NCBI RefSeq assembly: GCF_009914755.1
Contig: NC_060929.1
Strand: one strand, 5' to 3'
DNA length: 64,000 nucleotides
Source: the human T2T-CHM13v2.0 reference genome, Homo sapiens
The notes under the pieces: generated by a model
Database searches by the model: none
Told to the model about the DNA's origin: nothing
Seen by the model: only the letters and a program-made list of their open reading frames with translations
Translations under genes and position numbers: made by a program
Shown: positions 1 through 19,720 of the stretch, piece by piece
How the letters are laid out: the number at the start of each line of letters is the position of its first letter
Position numbering within the stretch: position 1 is the first letter of the stretch

Positions 1-632
1 GTACACAGTTGTGTCAAACATGAATAAAAACAATTTTATTTCTTTCTCGTTTGTATTCCTCTTATTTACTTTTCTTGCCTTATTGCATTGTGTAGAACTT
101 CCAGTGCTATGTTGAATACGAGTGGTGAGAATAGATATTTTTGCTTTTTTCTTGATCTTGGGATAAAAGCATTCAGTTCTTCACAATTAAATATAAATCT
201 GTCTATAGATTTTTTATAGATGCTTCTTACTGGGTTGAGAAAGTTCTCCTCTATTTCTATTTTTCTGAGAATTTTAAAAACCGTGAATTGATATTGAAGT
301 TTGGTTGAATGTCTTTCTGCATTTATTGACATAATCATTATGAACATATGTCTTTTCTTCTTTAGCCCTTTAATATGGTAGATTATAATGACAGATTTTC
401 AAATATTGAATATATGAAAAAAGCCCACTTGATCATGGTGTATAATTCTTTTTACTCATTGTAAAATTTTATTTGCTAGTATTTTAAAAATTGTTGAAAT
501 CTAAATTTATAAAAGTTATCACTCTGTGTTTTCTTTTTATTTTTGTATTGTCTTTGGTTTTGGCATCAGGGTGATACTGTCTTCATAGCATACATTGAGA
601 AATATTCCTTCTACTTAGATGGATTACTTTCC
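1..632 (-). mobile_element. Old L1 (L1M-type) ORF2 fragment; continues in pieces at ~5633-8849 and ~11667-12120
   Basis: Minus-strand ORF 66..347 resembles L1 RT (FSPLVFNIALEVLHNAIRQEK). ORF 6284..6604 resembles L1 endonuclease (NVYAPNN...IIGDFN). Boundaries are approximate. Confidence 0.75.
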
Positions 633-738
633 TATGTGGGGACTTCCAAAAGTTCATGGAAAATAGAATTAAAAGATCAAAATAAAAATTATCAATTTTA
701 TTTCTCAACAAAATCTCCATCAAGTTCAAGACACTTTT

Positions 739-4112
<3,374 letters not shown>

Positions 4113-4298
4113 CAAGCTCAAGACATTTTTATAAGGGATGATACCAGCCATTTAGTCCGTCTCTAAAGAGCTGATGGTCCTAAGAATTTAACCATGTCAA
4201 TGAAGAATTGTTTACATTATTAACTGAAGGAAAATGGATGCTCTTTAAAGATTTTTTAAGATTGGGAAATAAAGAAAAGTCAGAAATAATCACACTGG

Positions 4299-4602
4299 GG
4301 CAGGGCATGGTGGCCCACACTTGTAATCCCAGAACTGTGGGAAGCAGAGGCAGGTGGATCACTTGAGGTCAGGAGTTTGAGACCAGCCTGGCCAACGTGG
4401 TGAAAACCCATCTCTATTAAAATATAAAAATTACCTGGGCAAGATGGCACACACCTGTAATCCCAGCTACTCAGGAGGCTGAAGCAGGAGAATCACATGA
4501 ACCTGGGAGGTGGAGGTTGCGGTGAGCCAAGATCGTGCCACTGCACTCCAGCCTGGGCGACAGAGTGAGACCCTGTCTCGAAAAAAAAGAAAAAGAAAAA
4601 AA
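4299..4602 (+). mobile_element. AluS inserted in HSMAR2
   Basis: Dimeric Alu with A tail. TSD AGAAATAATCACACTGGG / AGAAATAACCAAACTGGG (4603-4620). Confidence 0.9.
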
Positions 4603-5988
4603 AGAAATAACCAAACTGGGACTGTATGGTGGATGCCCAGTGATTTTACATGTCAGAATTCTTGTGAAATTGCCCTTGTTGAGAGGAATGAACATGAGCG
4701 TTGTTGTGGTGGAGAAGAACTCTATAGTAAAGCTTTCCTGGTTATTTTTCTGCTAAAGCTTGGCTTTCTTAAAACGTTCTCTGGCCCTCCAGAAAGTCAA
4801 CAAGCAAAATACCTTTAAGATCTGCAAAACCTGTTGTCATGACCTTTGCTTTTTGTGTGTGTTGGGACCTTTGCTTTTGACCAGCCAGCTTTTACTTTGA
4901 CTAGACAATTTACACCTCTTGATAGCATTGCTTTGATTGTGCTTTGTCTTCAAGATCATACTGCTAAAGCCATGTTTCATCTCCCGTTACAATTCTCCAA
5001 AGAAAGTATTCAGAATCTTGATCCCATTGTTTAAAATTTCCATGGAAACTCAGCTCTTATCTGCAGCTGATCTGGGTGCAATTTGGCACCCATTGAGCAG
5101 AAATTTGCTCAACTTTAATTTTTTAGTCAGAATTGTGTAAGCTGAACCATCTGGGATGTCTATGGTATTTCCTAGTGTATCTGCTGTTAATCATTGGCCC
5201 TGTTCAATTACGGTATGAACAGGACTAATTTGTTTCTTATAAAATGATATGGATAGCCTGTCACTACAGGCTTTATCTCCAACATCATCTTATCCCTTCT
5301 TAAAACAAGTTATTCATTTGTACACTACTTATTTCTTTGAGGCATTGTCCTCATAAACTTTTCATAAAGTGTCAATGATTTCATTATTCTTCCACCCAAG
5401 CTTCACCATAAATCTGATGTTTGTTCTTGCTTCAATTTTAGTGAATTCATGTTGCTCTAATCGGGAGTCTTTTCAAACGGAAGTCCTATCCTTCTTTGTG
5501 GCTTAAACTAGATCCTGCTCAGACATGTTATAACAAGTTAATACAAGTTTATTATGATGCAAACTTTATTTAAATTCATGCATATTTTTTCATAGTACGC
5601 ATTTTTCATGAACTTTTTGAAGACCTCTTGTATTTTCTGGGAGAGATTAGTATTGGTGTTATTTTTTAAATTAAATTTTTTTTACCTCATACCATGTATT
5701 TTTTTTTATTCCTTTGAGACATCGTCTTTGGCCCATGGATTATTTAGAGATACGTTAACATCCAAGTGTTAGAATATTTTTCTTTTATCTTTATGTTATT
5801 GATTTCTCCTTTGATTCCATTGTGGTCACAGAACACACTCTGTATGATTTCATGTCTTTTACATTTACTGAGGCTTGTTTTATGACTCAGGGCAAGATGT
5901 GTTTTGAGATATGTTTCACTGGCACTTGGAAGAGTGTATTTTGAAATTTTTTTTTTTTGAGATGATGGAGTCTCTCTCTCTCTCTCTC

Positions 5989-6302
<314 letters not shown>

Positions 6303-6317
6303 TAGTGTGTTCTATAA

Positions 6318-6872
<555 letters not shown>

Positions 6873-6949
6873 TGATTTTCCTCTATATACCGGTAGTTAT
6901 CTTTGTCTTGAACTCTATTTGATAGATGCTTCTGCTTTCCTTTGATCAC

Positions 6950-7289
6950 TTCTGACTAAAAAATTAAAGTTGAGCAAATTTCTCCTCAATGGGTCCAAAA
7001 CCATTGCACCTAGATCAGCTGCAGATGAGAACTGAGTTTCCATGGAAATTTTAAACAATGGGATCAAGATTCTGAATACTTTCTTTGGAGAACTGTAACA
7101 GGAGATGACACATGGCTTTAGCAGTATGATCTTGAAGACAAAGCACAATCAAAGCAATGCTACCAAGAGGTGCAAATGGCCTAGTCAAAGTAAAAGCAGG
7201 CTGGTCAAAAGCAAAGGTCCCAACACACACAAAAAGCAAAGGTCATGGCAACAGGTTTTGGGGATGCTCAAGACATTTTGCTTGTTGAT
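6950..7289 (+). mobile_element. Internal HSMAR2 fragment, inverted copy of 4797-5132
   Basis: Its reverse complement matches 4797-5132. ORF-track peptides 4846..5034(+) and 7051..7239(-) are nearly identical. No TIRs. Confidence 0.85.
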
Positions 7290-7404
7290 ATAGCTTTTAC
7301 ATTTTTAATTTTAATCTCCCTGTATTTTTATATTTCAAGTGAGATACTCATAGGCAGCATGTAATTGGGTCTTTTTTTGATTCACTTAGTCAGTTTTTTT
7401 TTCT

Positions 7405-7728
7405 CTTTCTTTTTCTTTTCTTTTCTTTCTTTCTTTTTTTTTTTTGAGACAGGGTTTTGCTCTGTCACTCAGGCTAGAGTGCAGTGATATGGTGTTGGCT
7501 CACTGCAGCCTTGATCTCTCAGGCTCAAGTGATCCTCCCACCTCACCCTCCTAAGTAACTGAGAGTACAGGTGCATGCCACCATGTCCAGCTAATTTTGT
7601 TTATTTTTTGTAGAGACAAGGTCTTACTATGTTGCCTAGGTTGGTCTTGAACCCCTGGGCTCAAGAAATCCTCCCACTTTGGCCTTCCAAAATGTTGGAA
7701 TTACAGGCACAAGCCTCTACACCTAGCC
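7405..7728 (-). mobile_element. AluJ
   Basis: Antisense Alu with GGCTCAAGTGATCCTCCCACC / GGGCTCAAG, typical of AluJ. Confidence 0.85.
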
Positions 7729-8009
7729 TAAGATTTTTTCTTTTTCATTTATTTTCAAAAGTTTGCCTGTTATATGCCTTGGTGTGGAGTCTTTGGAGTT
7801 CACTCACCTCTCTATATTGTTTATCAAATTTGGGAACTTTTTAGCCATTTTTTGAGTTATTTTTAGCCTTGTCTCCTTTGCCTTTTCTTTCAGTACTCCA
7901 CTGACATGAATGTTGGAGCTTTTGTTAAGTTCCCACATGTCCCCAAGGTACTGTTCTTTTTTATTCTTTTAGTCTATTTTGTTGCTGTTTTTCAAATTGC
8001 GTAATTTTT

Positions 8010-8186
8010 ATTTATTTACTTATTTGTTATGTTTTTAGAGATGGGGTCATGCTCTGTTGCCCTGGCTGGAGTGCAGTGGCATGATCATACTGCACCATAA
8101 CCTCAAACTCCTGGGCTTAAGCAATCCTCCCACCTTCACCTCCCAAAGTGCTGTGATTACAGGTGTGAGCCACTGTGCCCTGCCCA
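8010..8186 (-). mobile_element. Partial AluJ / monomer-like Alu
   Basis: GAGATGGGGTC...GGCTGGAGTGCAGTGG...CCCAAAGTGCTGTGATTACAGG, with the middle missing. Confidence 0.7.
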
Positions 8187-8849
8187 GATTCAGTATTTTC
8201 TATTTTTCTTTTAGTTTCCTTATTCTCTTTTTTGACCACTCCATTCTTCTATTTGGGTTTTTATTTTGGTTATTGTACTTTTTTCCAAAATTTTCATTTG
8301 GTTCTTTTCATCATCTATTTATTTGCTGAGACTTTCTGTTTCATTGCTGAGGGTTTCTATTTTTTTATTCGTTTCAAGCATATTTGCAATTGCTCATTGA
8401 AGCATTTTCATGGTGACTGCTTTAAAATTTTTATCACAGAATTCTAACAGCTCTTTCATCTCATTGTTGGCATTGGTATGTTATTTTTTAAATTTAATTT
8501 ATCTTCTTGGTTATTGGAATAATGAGTAATTTCTTCATATTGAAACTTGAACATTTTTATATCATGTTTTGAGACTCTAGAGCTTACTTATTCTATTTTA
8601 GCTAGTTTCTCCTGACACTGTTCTGTCAGAGAGAGCATTGGCACTACCTCATTACTGTCACTTGAAGATAAAGCCCAAGTTTCCCATAGGCCTACATTGA
8701 CAAATGCATGGACATGTCCTCTATACTTCTAGGTGGGGTGGAAGTTTTGGCCCCACCATGTGTTCTCCATAGACACTAAGGTAGAGATGCCCTTGTTATC
8801 ACATGGTGAAAGGTCTTGGCTCTCCACTAAAACCTCCTCTGACATCACC

Positions 8850-11661
<2,812 letters not shown>

Positions 11662-13422
11662 CCACCCCAGCAGAGAGGGGGAGGTGGCACCGTGTTATTT
11701 TCTGCACAGTCCAGGCTGTCCACATGGTCTCCTCTGATACCACAACTGTGGAGCTTGCTAGCAGTTGGGGGAATGAAAGTCTCAGTTTCATTTTTTGGCC
11801 TGATCTGATACCACCAGAAGTATTGGGATTCCTCATTAACAGCTTTGCAAGAGCGTTAATCTAGATTCCCCACTCAACTTTTGCTGGTGTGGGGCCACAG
11901 TTTTTTTCTGTGGTGATTACCTGGAGTAAATGATTATCTAGGAGCTTTTTGTCTTGCTAGGCTGCCTATTTCCTGGTCCTTTGTCTAGAGAAAGCATGCT
12001 TTTTTTTTTGAGCTTTTTGCATCAGTACCCAATAATGTTTCTGGTTGTTGGCTTCTTCTGGTCCAAGTCTGGAATAGATAAGGCAAAAACCCAGAGATTT
12101 CACCACTGTGTCAGTCTTCAAAATTTATAACACTTTAAAGTATTTTGCACTTCCAAATGTTGACAATGTTCTCTAAATCTGCTAACCTTTAGAATGTTTC
12201 CAAGTTTAAAGTTTGCTTCACTTTTAGACTAAGAGAATATTCATGTATCTTATGTTGCTCTATCTTTTGTAATAAAGTAATTACTACATTGAACTGTTAA
12301 AATATATAAACTGCTTGTTAAAAATAAAATAGCTCCATGTTTTGTCTATATCTTAATTATCAAGTAAACAAGGATTTAGGCTTTCTGATTATGAAGACAT
12401 ACTGGATTAAATAATCCTTATTCACATTAATGTCCTTAACTATTCTTAGTACTTAAAATATAAACATTATGGCCATTCCTTTAAAAAAAAACTAGTGATA
12501 GCTTATTCTGATCACATTTCTTAGTCAAACTAAGATGTAGCTATGGGATTCTGATTATGAATTGGACTGAAATTGAAAGAGAGGTTTATTAATAGGTAGG
12601 TTATTCTCAAATTATTTTTTAAATATATCTTTGCATAAGATTTACATTTTTCTTTTGACTATGGATTATATAAAGATTCTCAGTACGTGTCTCTGATATT
12701 GCGATTCAATATCCATATGATTTTTGTTGTAATATGACAATGTTTGGTCTTGATAAGAAAAAAGCATGGATGAAAATTTAACATAGGAATAAAAGATCTA
12801 GTGGACACCGATTCAATTAGGAATACTGAGTTTTGGAAGTCAGAGTTATAAGTTCAATACTTAGGTCATTATGTTATATAACAACAAGGGAAAATGTCAC
12901 AAATATCTTTATTCTAACAGTTAAAGTATCAGAAAATGATGAAGTTGTTCATACCACATTAAAGGAATTTTACATGTGTTCAGAAATTTTCCAAAAATGT
13001 CATCTGTAAGTACCTGATAACTATATATACATGTGCATATGTACGTGTGTGTGTATAATATCATTTAAAAAAAAACACCCAAGCTATCCTAGAATAAGGT
13101 GAATCATATCAGTCAAACTACCTTATTTTAAAACTTTGACATTCAGTTGCAAATATTTAATAATAAAAATATATAAGCTGATAAATCGTTTTAAATAAAA
13201 TGATGTAAGGAGAGGTTAAGTAGATCTTAAAGTTTCTAATTCAATTGTAATATGTTTGTAATCATTACTAAAAGAAAATACTGGATTACACACTCTCCAA
13301 TGAGATTTGAAATGTTCTGGGTCTTAAAAGGACATAAAATTGAAAATGATTGCATTTAACAAATTGCAGACGGATATAGATTGCATTTTGAAAATCAACG
13401 AATGGATCTAAAATTTACATTG

Positions 13423-13438
13423 GCCACATGATGTCGCT
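13423..13438 (+). promoter_or_regulatory. PCDHA1 promoter CSE / pCBS (CTCF site, CGCT box)
   Basis: GCCACATGATGTCGCT, 201 bp upstream of the ATG; conserved before all seven exons. Confidence 0.92.
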
Positions 13439-13623
13439 GTACACCACAAAGTCTTGTCAATAGAAGGGAGCTACTGATCACTAAAAGTGAAGGAGGAAGC
13501 TCCATTTTGTCACCGCCTGAGAGAAGACAGAAACGGTAAAGAGATAAATGATTGGAAATATTAGATAAAATGGCATGATTTTGAAGTAAGAGGAGAGCAT
13601 AAGAAAGGTGTAGTCCTTTTGCA

Positions 13624-16017
13624 ATGGTGTTTTCTAGGAGAGGGGGCCTGGGAGCCCGGGATCTGCTTCTTTGGCTTCTGCTCCTCGCAGCCTGGGAGGT
13701 GGGGAGCGGCCAGCTCCACTACTCGATCCCGGAGGAAGCCAAACACGGCACCTTCGTTGGCCGCGTTGCTCAGGACCTGGGACTGGAGCTGGCGGAGCTG
13801 GTGCCTCGCCTGTTCCGGGTGGCGTCCAAAACACACAGGGACCTTCTGGAGGTAAATCTGCAGAATGGCATTTTGTTTGTGAATTCTCGGATCGATCGCG
13901 AGGAGCTGTGCCAGTGGAGCGCGGAGTGCAGCATCCACCTGGAGTTGATCGCCGACAGGCCGCTGCAGGTTTTCCATGTGGAGGTGAAGGTGAAAGACAT
14001 TAACGATAATCCACCCGTCTTCAGGGGCAGAGAACAAATAATATTTATTCCTGAATCTAGACTCCTGAATTCGCGTTTTCCGATAGAAGGAGCTGCTGAT
14101 GCAGACATTGGTGCTAACGCTCTTCTAACGTACACGCTCAGCCCGAGTGATTATTTCTCTTTGGATGTAGAGGCAAGTGATGAACTGAGTAAATCTCTTT
14201 GGCTTGAATTGAGAAAATATTTGGATAGAGAAGAAACACCAGAACTTCACTTATTACTGACTGCCACTGATGGGGGCAAACCGGAGCTGCAAGGTACAGT
14301 TGAGCTGCTGATCACCGTCCTCGACGTTAATGATAACGCCCCACTGTTTGACCAGGCCGTATACAGAGTCCACTTGTTAGAGACTACAGCAAATGGAACA
14401 TTAGTGACCACATTAAATGCCTCTGATGCTGACGAAGGTGTAAATGGTGAAGTCGTCTTTTCCTTTGACAGTGGTATTTCTCGTGACATTCAAGAAAAAT
14501 TCAAAGTTGATTCCAGCTCAGGAGAAATTAGGTTAATTGATAAACTGGATTATGAAGAAACAAAATCCTACGAAATTCAAGTAAAGGCAGTTGATAAAGG
14601 AAGTCCTCCGATGTCAAATCACTGTAAGGTTTTGGTGAAAGTGCTGGATGTAAATGATAATGCTCCAGAACTGGCGGTCACTTCATTGTATTTGCCTATC
14701 AGAGAGGACGCTCCACTCAGCACCGTCATCGCCCTCATCACCGTGTCTGACCGTGACTCAGGTGCCAACGGGCAGGTGACTTGCTCCTTAATGCCCCACG
14801 TCCCCTTCAAGCTGGTGTCCACCTTCAAGAATTACTACTCGTTGGTGTTGGACAGCGCCCTGGATCGCGAGAGCCTGTCGGTCTATGAGCTGGTGGTGAC
14901 CGCGCGGGACGGGGGCTCGCCTTCGCTGTGGGCCACGGCCAGGGTGTCCGTGGAGGTGGCCGACGTGAATGACAACGCGCCTGCGTTCGCGCAGCCCGAG
15001 TACACAGTATTCGTGAAGGAGAACAACCCGCCGGGCTGCCACATCTTCACGGTGTCTGCGCGGGACGCGGACGCGCAGGAGAACGCGCTGGTGTCCTATT
15101 CGCTGGTGGAACGGCGGGTGGGCGAGCGCGCGCTGTCGAACTACGTGTCAGTGCACGCGGAGAGCGGCAAGGTGTACGCACTGCAGCCCCTGGACCACGA
15201 GGAGCTGGAGCTGCTGCAGTTCCAGGTGAGCGCGCGGGATGCGGGCGTGCCGCCTCTGGGCAGCAACGTGACGCTGCAGGTGTTCGTGCTGGACGAGAAC
15301 GACAACGCGCCGGCGCTGCTGGCGCCTCGAGTGGGTGGCACTATTGGTGCAGTCAGTGAGCTGGTGCCGCGATTGGTGGGTGCGGGTCATGTGGTGGCGA
15401 AGGTGCGCGCAGTGGACGCCGACTCGGGCTACAACGCGTGGCTGTCCTATGAACTGCAGCCGGCAGCAGGCGGCGCGCGCATCCCGTTCCGCGTGGGGCT
15501 GTACACGGGCGAGATCAGCACGACTCGTGTCCTGGACGAGGCTGACTTGTCGCGCTACCGCCTTCTGGTGCTAGTGAAGGATCACGGTGAGCCGGCGCTG
15601 ACAGCCACGGCCACTGTGCTTGTATCTCTGGTGGAGAGCGGCCAGGCGCCAAAGGCGTCTTCGCGGGCGTCGGTGGGTGTCGCGGGCCCAGAGGCGGCGC
15701 TGGTGGATGTCAACGTGTACCTGATCATCGCCATCTGCGCGGTGTCCAGCCTGCTGGTGCTCACACTGCTGCTGTACACGGCGCTGCGGTGCTCAGTGCC
15801 GCCCACTGAGGGTGCGTATGTGCCGGGCAAGCCCACTCTGGTGTGCTCCAGCGCGTTGGGGAGCTGGTCGAACTCACAGCAGAGGCGGCAGAGGGTGTGC
15901 TCTAGCGAGGGCCCACCCAAGACCGACCTCATGGCCTTCAGCCCAGGCCTATCTCCAAGTCTTAACACGTCAGAAAGAAATGAACAACCAGAAGCAAATT
16001 TGGATCTTTCTGGTAAT
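13624..16017 (+). CDS. PCDHA1: Protocadherin alpha-1 variable exon (798 codons; unspliced read-through ORF ends at 16047)
   Basis: [16 protein letters not shown] signal peptide, six cadherin repeats (DxNDNxP, LDRE/LDYE) and [22 protein letters not shown]. Phase-0 donor AAT|GTAAGT. First exon of the array. Confidence 0.96.
14080..14093 (+). promoter_or_regulatory. Degenerate exonic CTCF site position in PCDHA1
   Basis: CCGATAGAAGGAGC at the same +456 offset as the paralog eCBS; four differences from CCACTAGAGGGCGC. Probably non-functional. Confidence 0.45.
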
Positions 16018-16487
16018 GTAAGTCCAACTTTCGAGTTTTGGCTTTAAATATTTTTCATATTTAACTTGTCTAATCATCTTTTCAAATATCACTTTAAAAA
16101 ATGTCTTCAAGGTGTTCACTAACGTTGAAATAAATCATACCATTGAATGTAGATATCCTATTAATGGCAGTTTTGTCTTGAATGGAACTAGAAAGCAAAG
16201 AAAAATGTAGGGACAAATTGTCGTATTTCTTGATTTAAATGGCAGGTTAAAAAAGCTACAATACAAGGTACAATAAAAGGTAATGTTGGTCATATTTAAC
16301 ACAATATCTCAATGTAGTAAAATAACAGTGACATATTCGGGGTAACTTATTATGTTATCTTTTCTGGTGAAATGTCAAGCCCCGGACAAACAATTCTTGA
16401 CAAAGTTACAGAAATCATCTGCCTTCCCTTTACGTGGCTAAGTTTCAAAGTGAACAATAAACTGAAGTTTTAAGCAAACGTAATTTA

Positions 16488-16838
<351 letters not shown>

Positions 16839-19289
16839 TTATTGGGCGATTTGTTTAATTTCTTTATGAAAACATACAACCACGACTTCATTGTCATTGT
16901 GAACAATTTCCTGATGCCATTAACCTTGAATTCCCCTGGGTCTAGAAGGCTTAGCATTGCATGTATTTGCTATTTCGGGGATCCAGTTAGGAAACACTTA
17001 TTAAGCACCTCCCATTCCTCCCATTCACTCACAAATGTTCTAAAACCCTTTACTTTTTTAGCTCATTCGATCCTTCCAACGATTTTATGAAGTGAAGACT
17101 TTCGTCACATTTTGTGGATAAAGGTGCTGAGGCTCGCAAAACCTAAGTTCAGTATTATTACTAAGTTTTCTTCAAATTTCCCGAGGATATCCAAAAACTT
17201 GCTTGCTGTTAATACAGTTCTTTACCTTTCCTAAAATGTTTAAGGTGGCTTACAGTGGAAGAAATTTGTGAAAGCAAATTATTAAAAAATCTGCTTAAGG
17301 TCAAAGTAAAAGATCAAGAGAAAGGTGGGAGTCATTATTTCAAAAATCAAGCCTAGGCTGAGTGAAAATCCCAATACTTACCTTCCTGTAAGTCAATATA
17401 GAAGTATGAAAAAATAACAATAAAAGGAAATTCTCTATACCATTTCTTCAAGAGAGAAAAAATAGCCTCTTCCTGCTACAAAATCAAGGAAGATTTGATT
17501 ACTGATGATTGTGTAAAGGTTGAGAAATATACTGGGCAGCACGTTTTATAGCAGTTTTGCAAAACCCACGGAAATATCCTTGATGTAGACATCATTGTAT
17601 TTGGTAGTCATTCAGTCAAGGGCATAATGTTAAATTTTATTTCCTATGTTTGCTTCTGAAGTTACTTAAATATTAAATGAATATATTTTTGTTTGTCAAA
17701 CTTTCAAACATACATGAATGTCCCCTTGTGAAGACATTCTATGAGAAATTAATATAATTTGCTAGTTAAGTTTCCAGAGATTTGAGTTGATACAGAGTTG
17801 TTGCTTAGAGTATTGTAAAAAATAGGCTGTAAACATGTTCTGTAACTTTTAATATATTATCGTACTCAGCCTTTTGGCAAGAATCAGAAAAAAATAATCT
17901 TAGCATCACGTTGCCAAGAAAATGTCCCAGTTCCTCAAAATATGAGACAAACTTTGCAGGATTATAAAATTGGAAAAAATAGATCAGAAAATCACAAAAT
18001 AATTTCTCTTTCCAATTCACATTACTGTGTCCCCAAAGCTTCATTTGCTAACAGTATTAATGGCCAGGCTTAGGATTGCCTTTACATACATTCAATATTT
18101 CTTTATTTAGTTTTCTAGGTTAGTTGAGTGTATTAACCTGAAGGTGAATCACAAATAATAGTGAATTACTATTAAACCAAAAATAAATGGGCGTAGGAGT
18201 ACAAAATTTGAAAAGTAATTTTTATGAAAAGGTAATTCTAGAATGGAGGAAAAAATGATTGTGGAGTGGTATTGTCACTTAGTGTTTATTTTAATGTAAA
18301 TATGAATGGATTTCCCATTGGTAGTTAAAGTTCTTGCTCCATTCCAAATCTTCATATAGTTAACACAACTTTCAACAGGTTTATCTTTCTTCACAAGATT
18401 TCATCCACAAACTAGTAAGGTATCATTTGAGGGACCTTAGAGACTTGTGGTCAGTGAAGGATGCAAATAGATGAAAATGAGAAATAGTTTATATTGCTAG
18501 CCACTACCGATATTCCTCTGAGAATGCTGGAGGATTTCACTTTTCTGTTATTTTGAGGTAGCACGATTGTGTAATTTCCTTTGGCCAATGAAATGTGAAT
18601 GGTGTGTCACTTCCAAGCAGAATTATGTAACTGCCAGTGAAAGACTCTTCTGCTATCTTTTCCTGTTACAGCAATTACATAAGCACTGGTTGATACTGAG
18701 ACACCATAAAGTCAAAGCAATCCAGGATGCTGAGCCAACATGTGGAGAAAAGCTGTCATAGGAAGTCCCCAATAACTACAAAGGACTCTGCAGCAGCAAG
18801 AAATAAAATTATGTTTATTTTAGAGGAAAAACTGAATGTTAACTCACAACAGCATATGTATTGAGGTCCCACTGCCATTAAGCTAATATGAACCAGATAA
18901 ATTTTAAGAGGGGGGCATTTTTTTTACAACAGGAAATACAACTGTAGGAGAACATTATTGTTGACACTTTTTACTAAGACATCTGACCGTTAAGCAGATT
19001 AGATAACTTGAATTCCATGGAAAAAATCTACTGTGTTTTGATTTCTTTTTCTTAAATATAAAAGGTAGCAGAAGAAAAATAATAAACTGAAATTTAAAAT
19101 GTCATAGATATTCCTTCTTTTTTCTTGCTTAGCATCCACTCCCCTTGTTGTTTTTTTCTTCTGGGGTCTTCTAGTAGTTTTGTGAAAGACTAGGTTGAAG
19201 GTTTTGCAAGAATGAGTGCTTGGACATGTAAACGTTAAGGGATATACAGTTCCATAGATAGGTGCAAAGGGTATAATTTTAGCAATGGG

Positions 19290-19720
19290 TACTATATTAA
19301 TTTCCTTGGGCTGATGCAACAAATTACCACAGACTTGGTGGCTTGAAATAACAGAAATTTATTTTCTTACAGAGTCTCTGTAAGAATAAATTTCTTCTCT
19401 CTTATGGAGGCCAGAAGTCCAAAATCAGCGTGTTTCCTGGGCCGCATTTCTTCTGAAGACTTTAGGGGAAATTTTTTTCTTGGATCTTCCAGCTTCTGGT
19501 AGCTCTTGGCATTGCTTGGCTTGTGGCAGCATAACTCCAGTTCCTGCCTCTGTCTTCACATTTCCTTCTTTCCTGTGTTACTATATGCCTTCTCTTTTTC
19601 TGTCTTTTATAAGGGGCAACCATCATTGGATTTATGGCCTTCTGTAATCTAGGATGATCTCATATCAAGATCCTCATCTTTGTTACATCTGCAAAGACCT
19701 TTATTCCAAATAAGGTCACT
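19290..19720 (-). mobile_element. MLT1 (MaLR) solo LTR
   Basis: ACAAATTACCACAGACTTGGTGGCTT...GGAGGCCAGAAGTCCAAAATC...ACATCTGCAAAGACC...CCAAATAAGGTCAC, typical of MLT1. Subfamily and limits are approximate. Confidence 0.7.

Noticed and set aside
4180-5450. HSMAR2 transposase as a domesticated gene
   Set aside because: Frameshifted from the first codons and interrupted by an Alu.
14272-14283. GATGGGGGCAAA-type sequence (DGGKP codons) as an additional CTCF site
   Set aside because: Poor fit to the core spacing and variable third positions across paralogs; explained by protein constraint.
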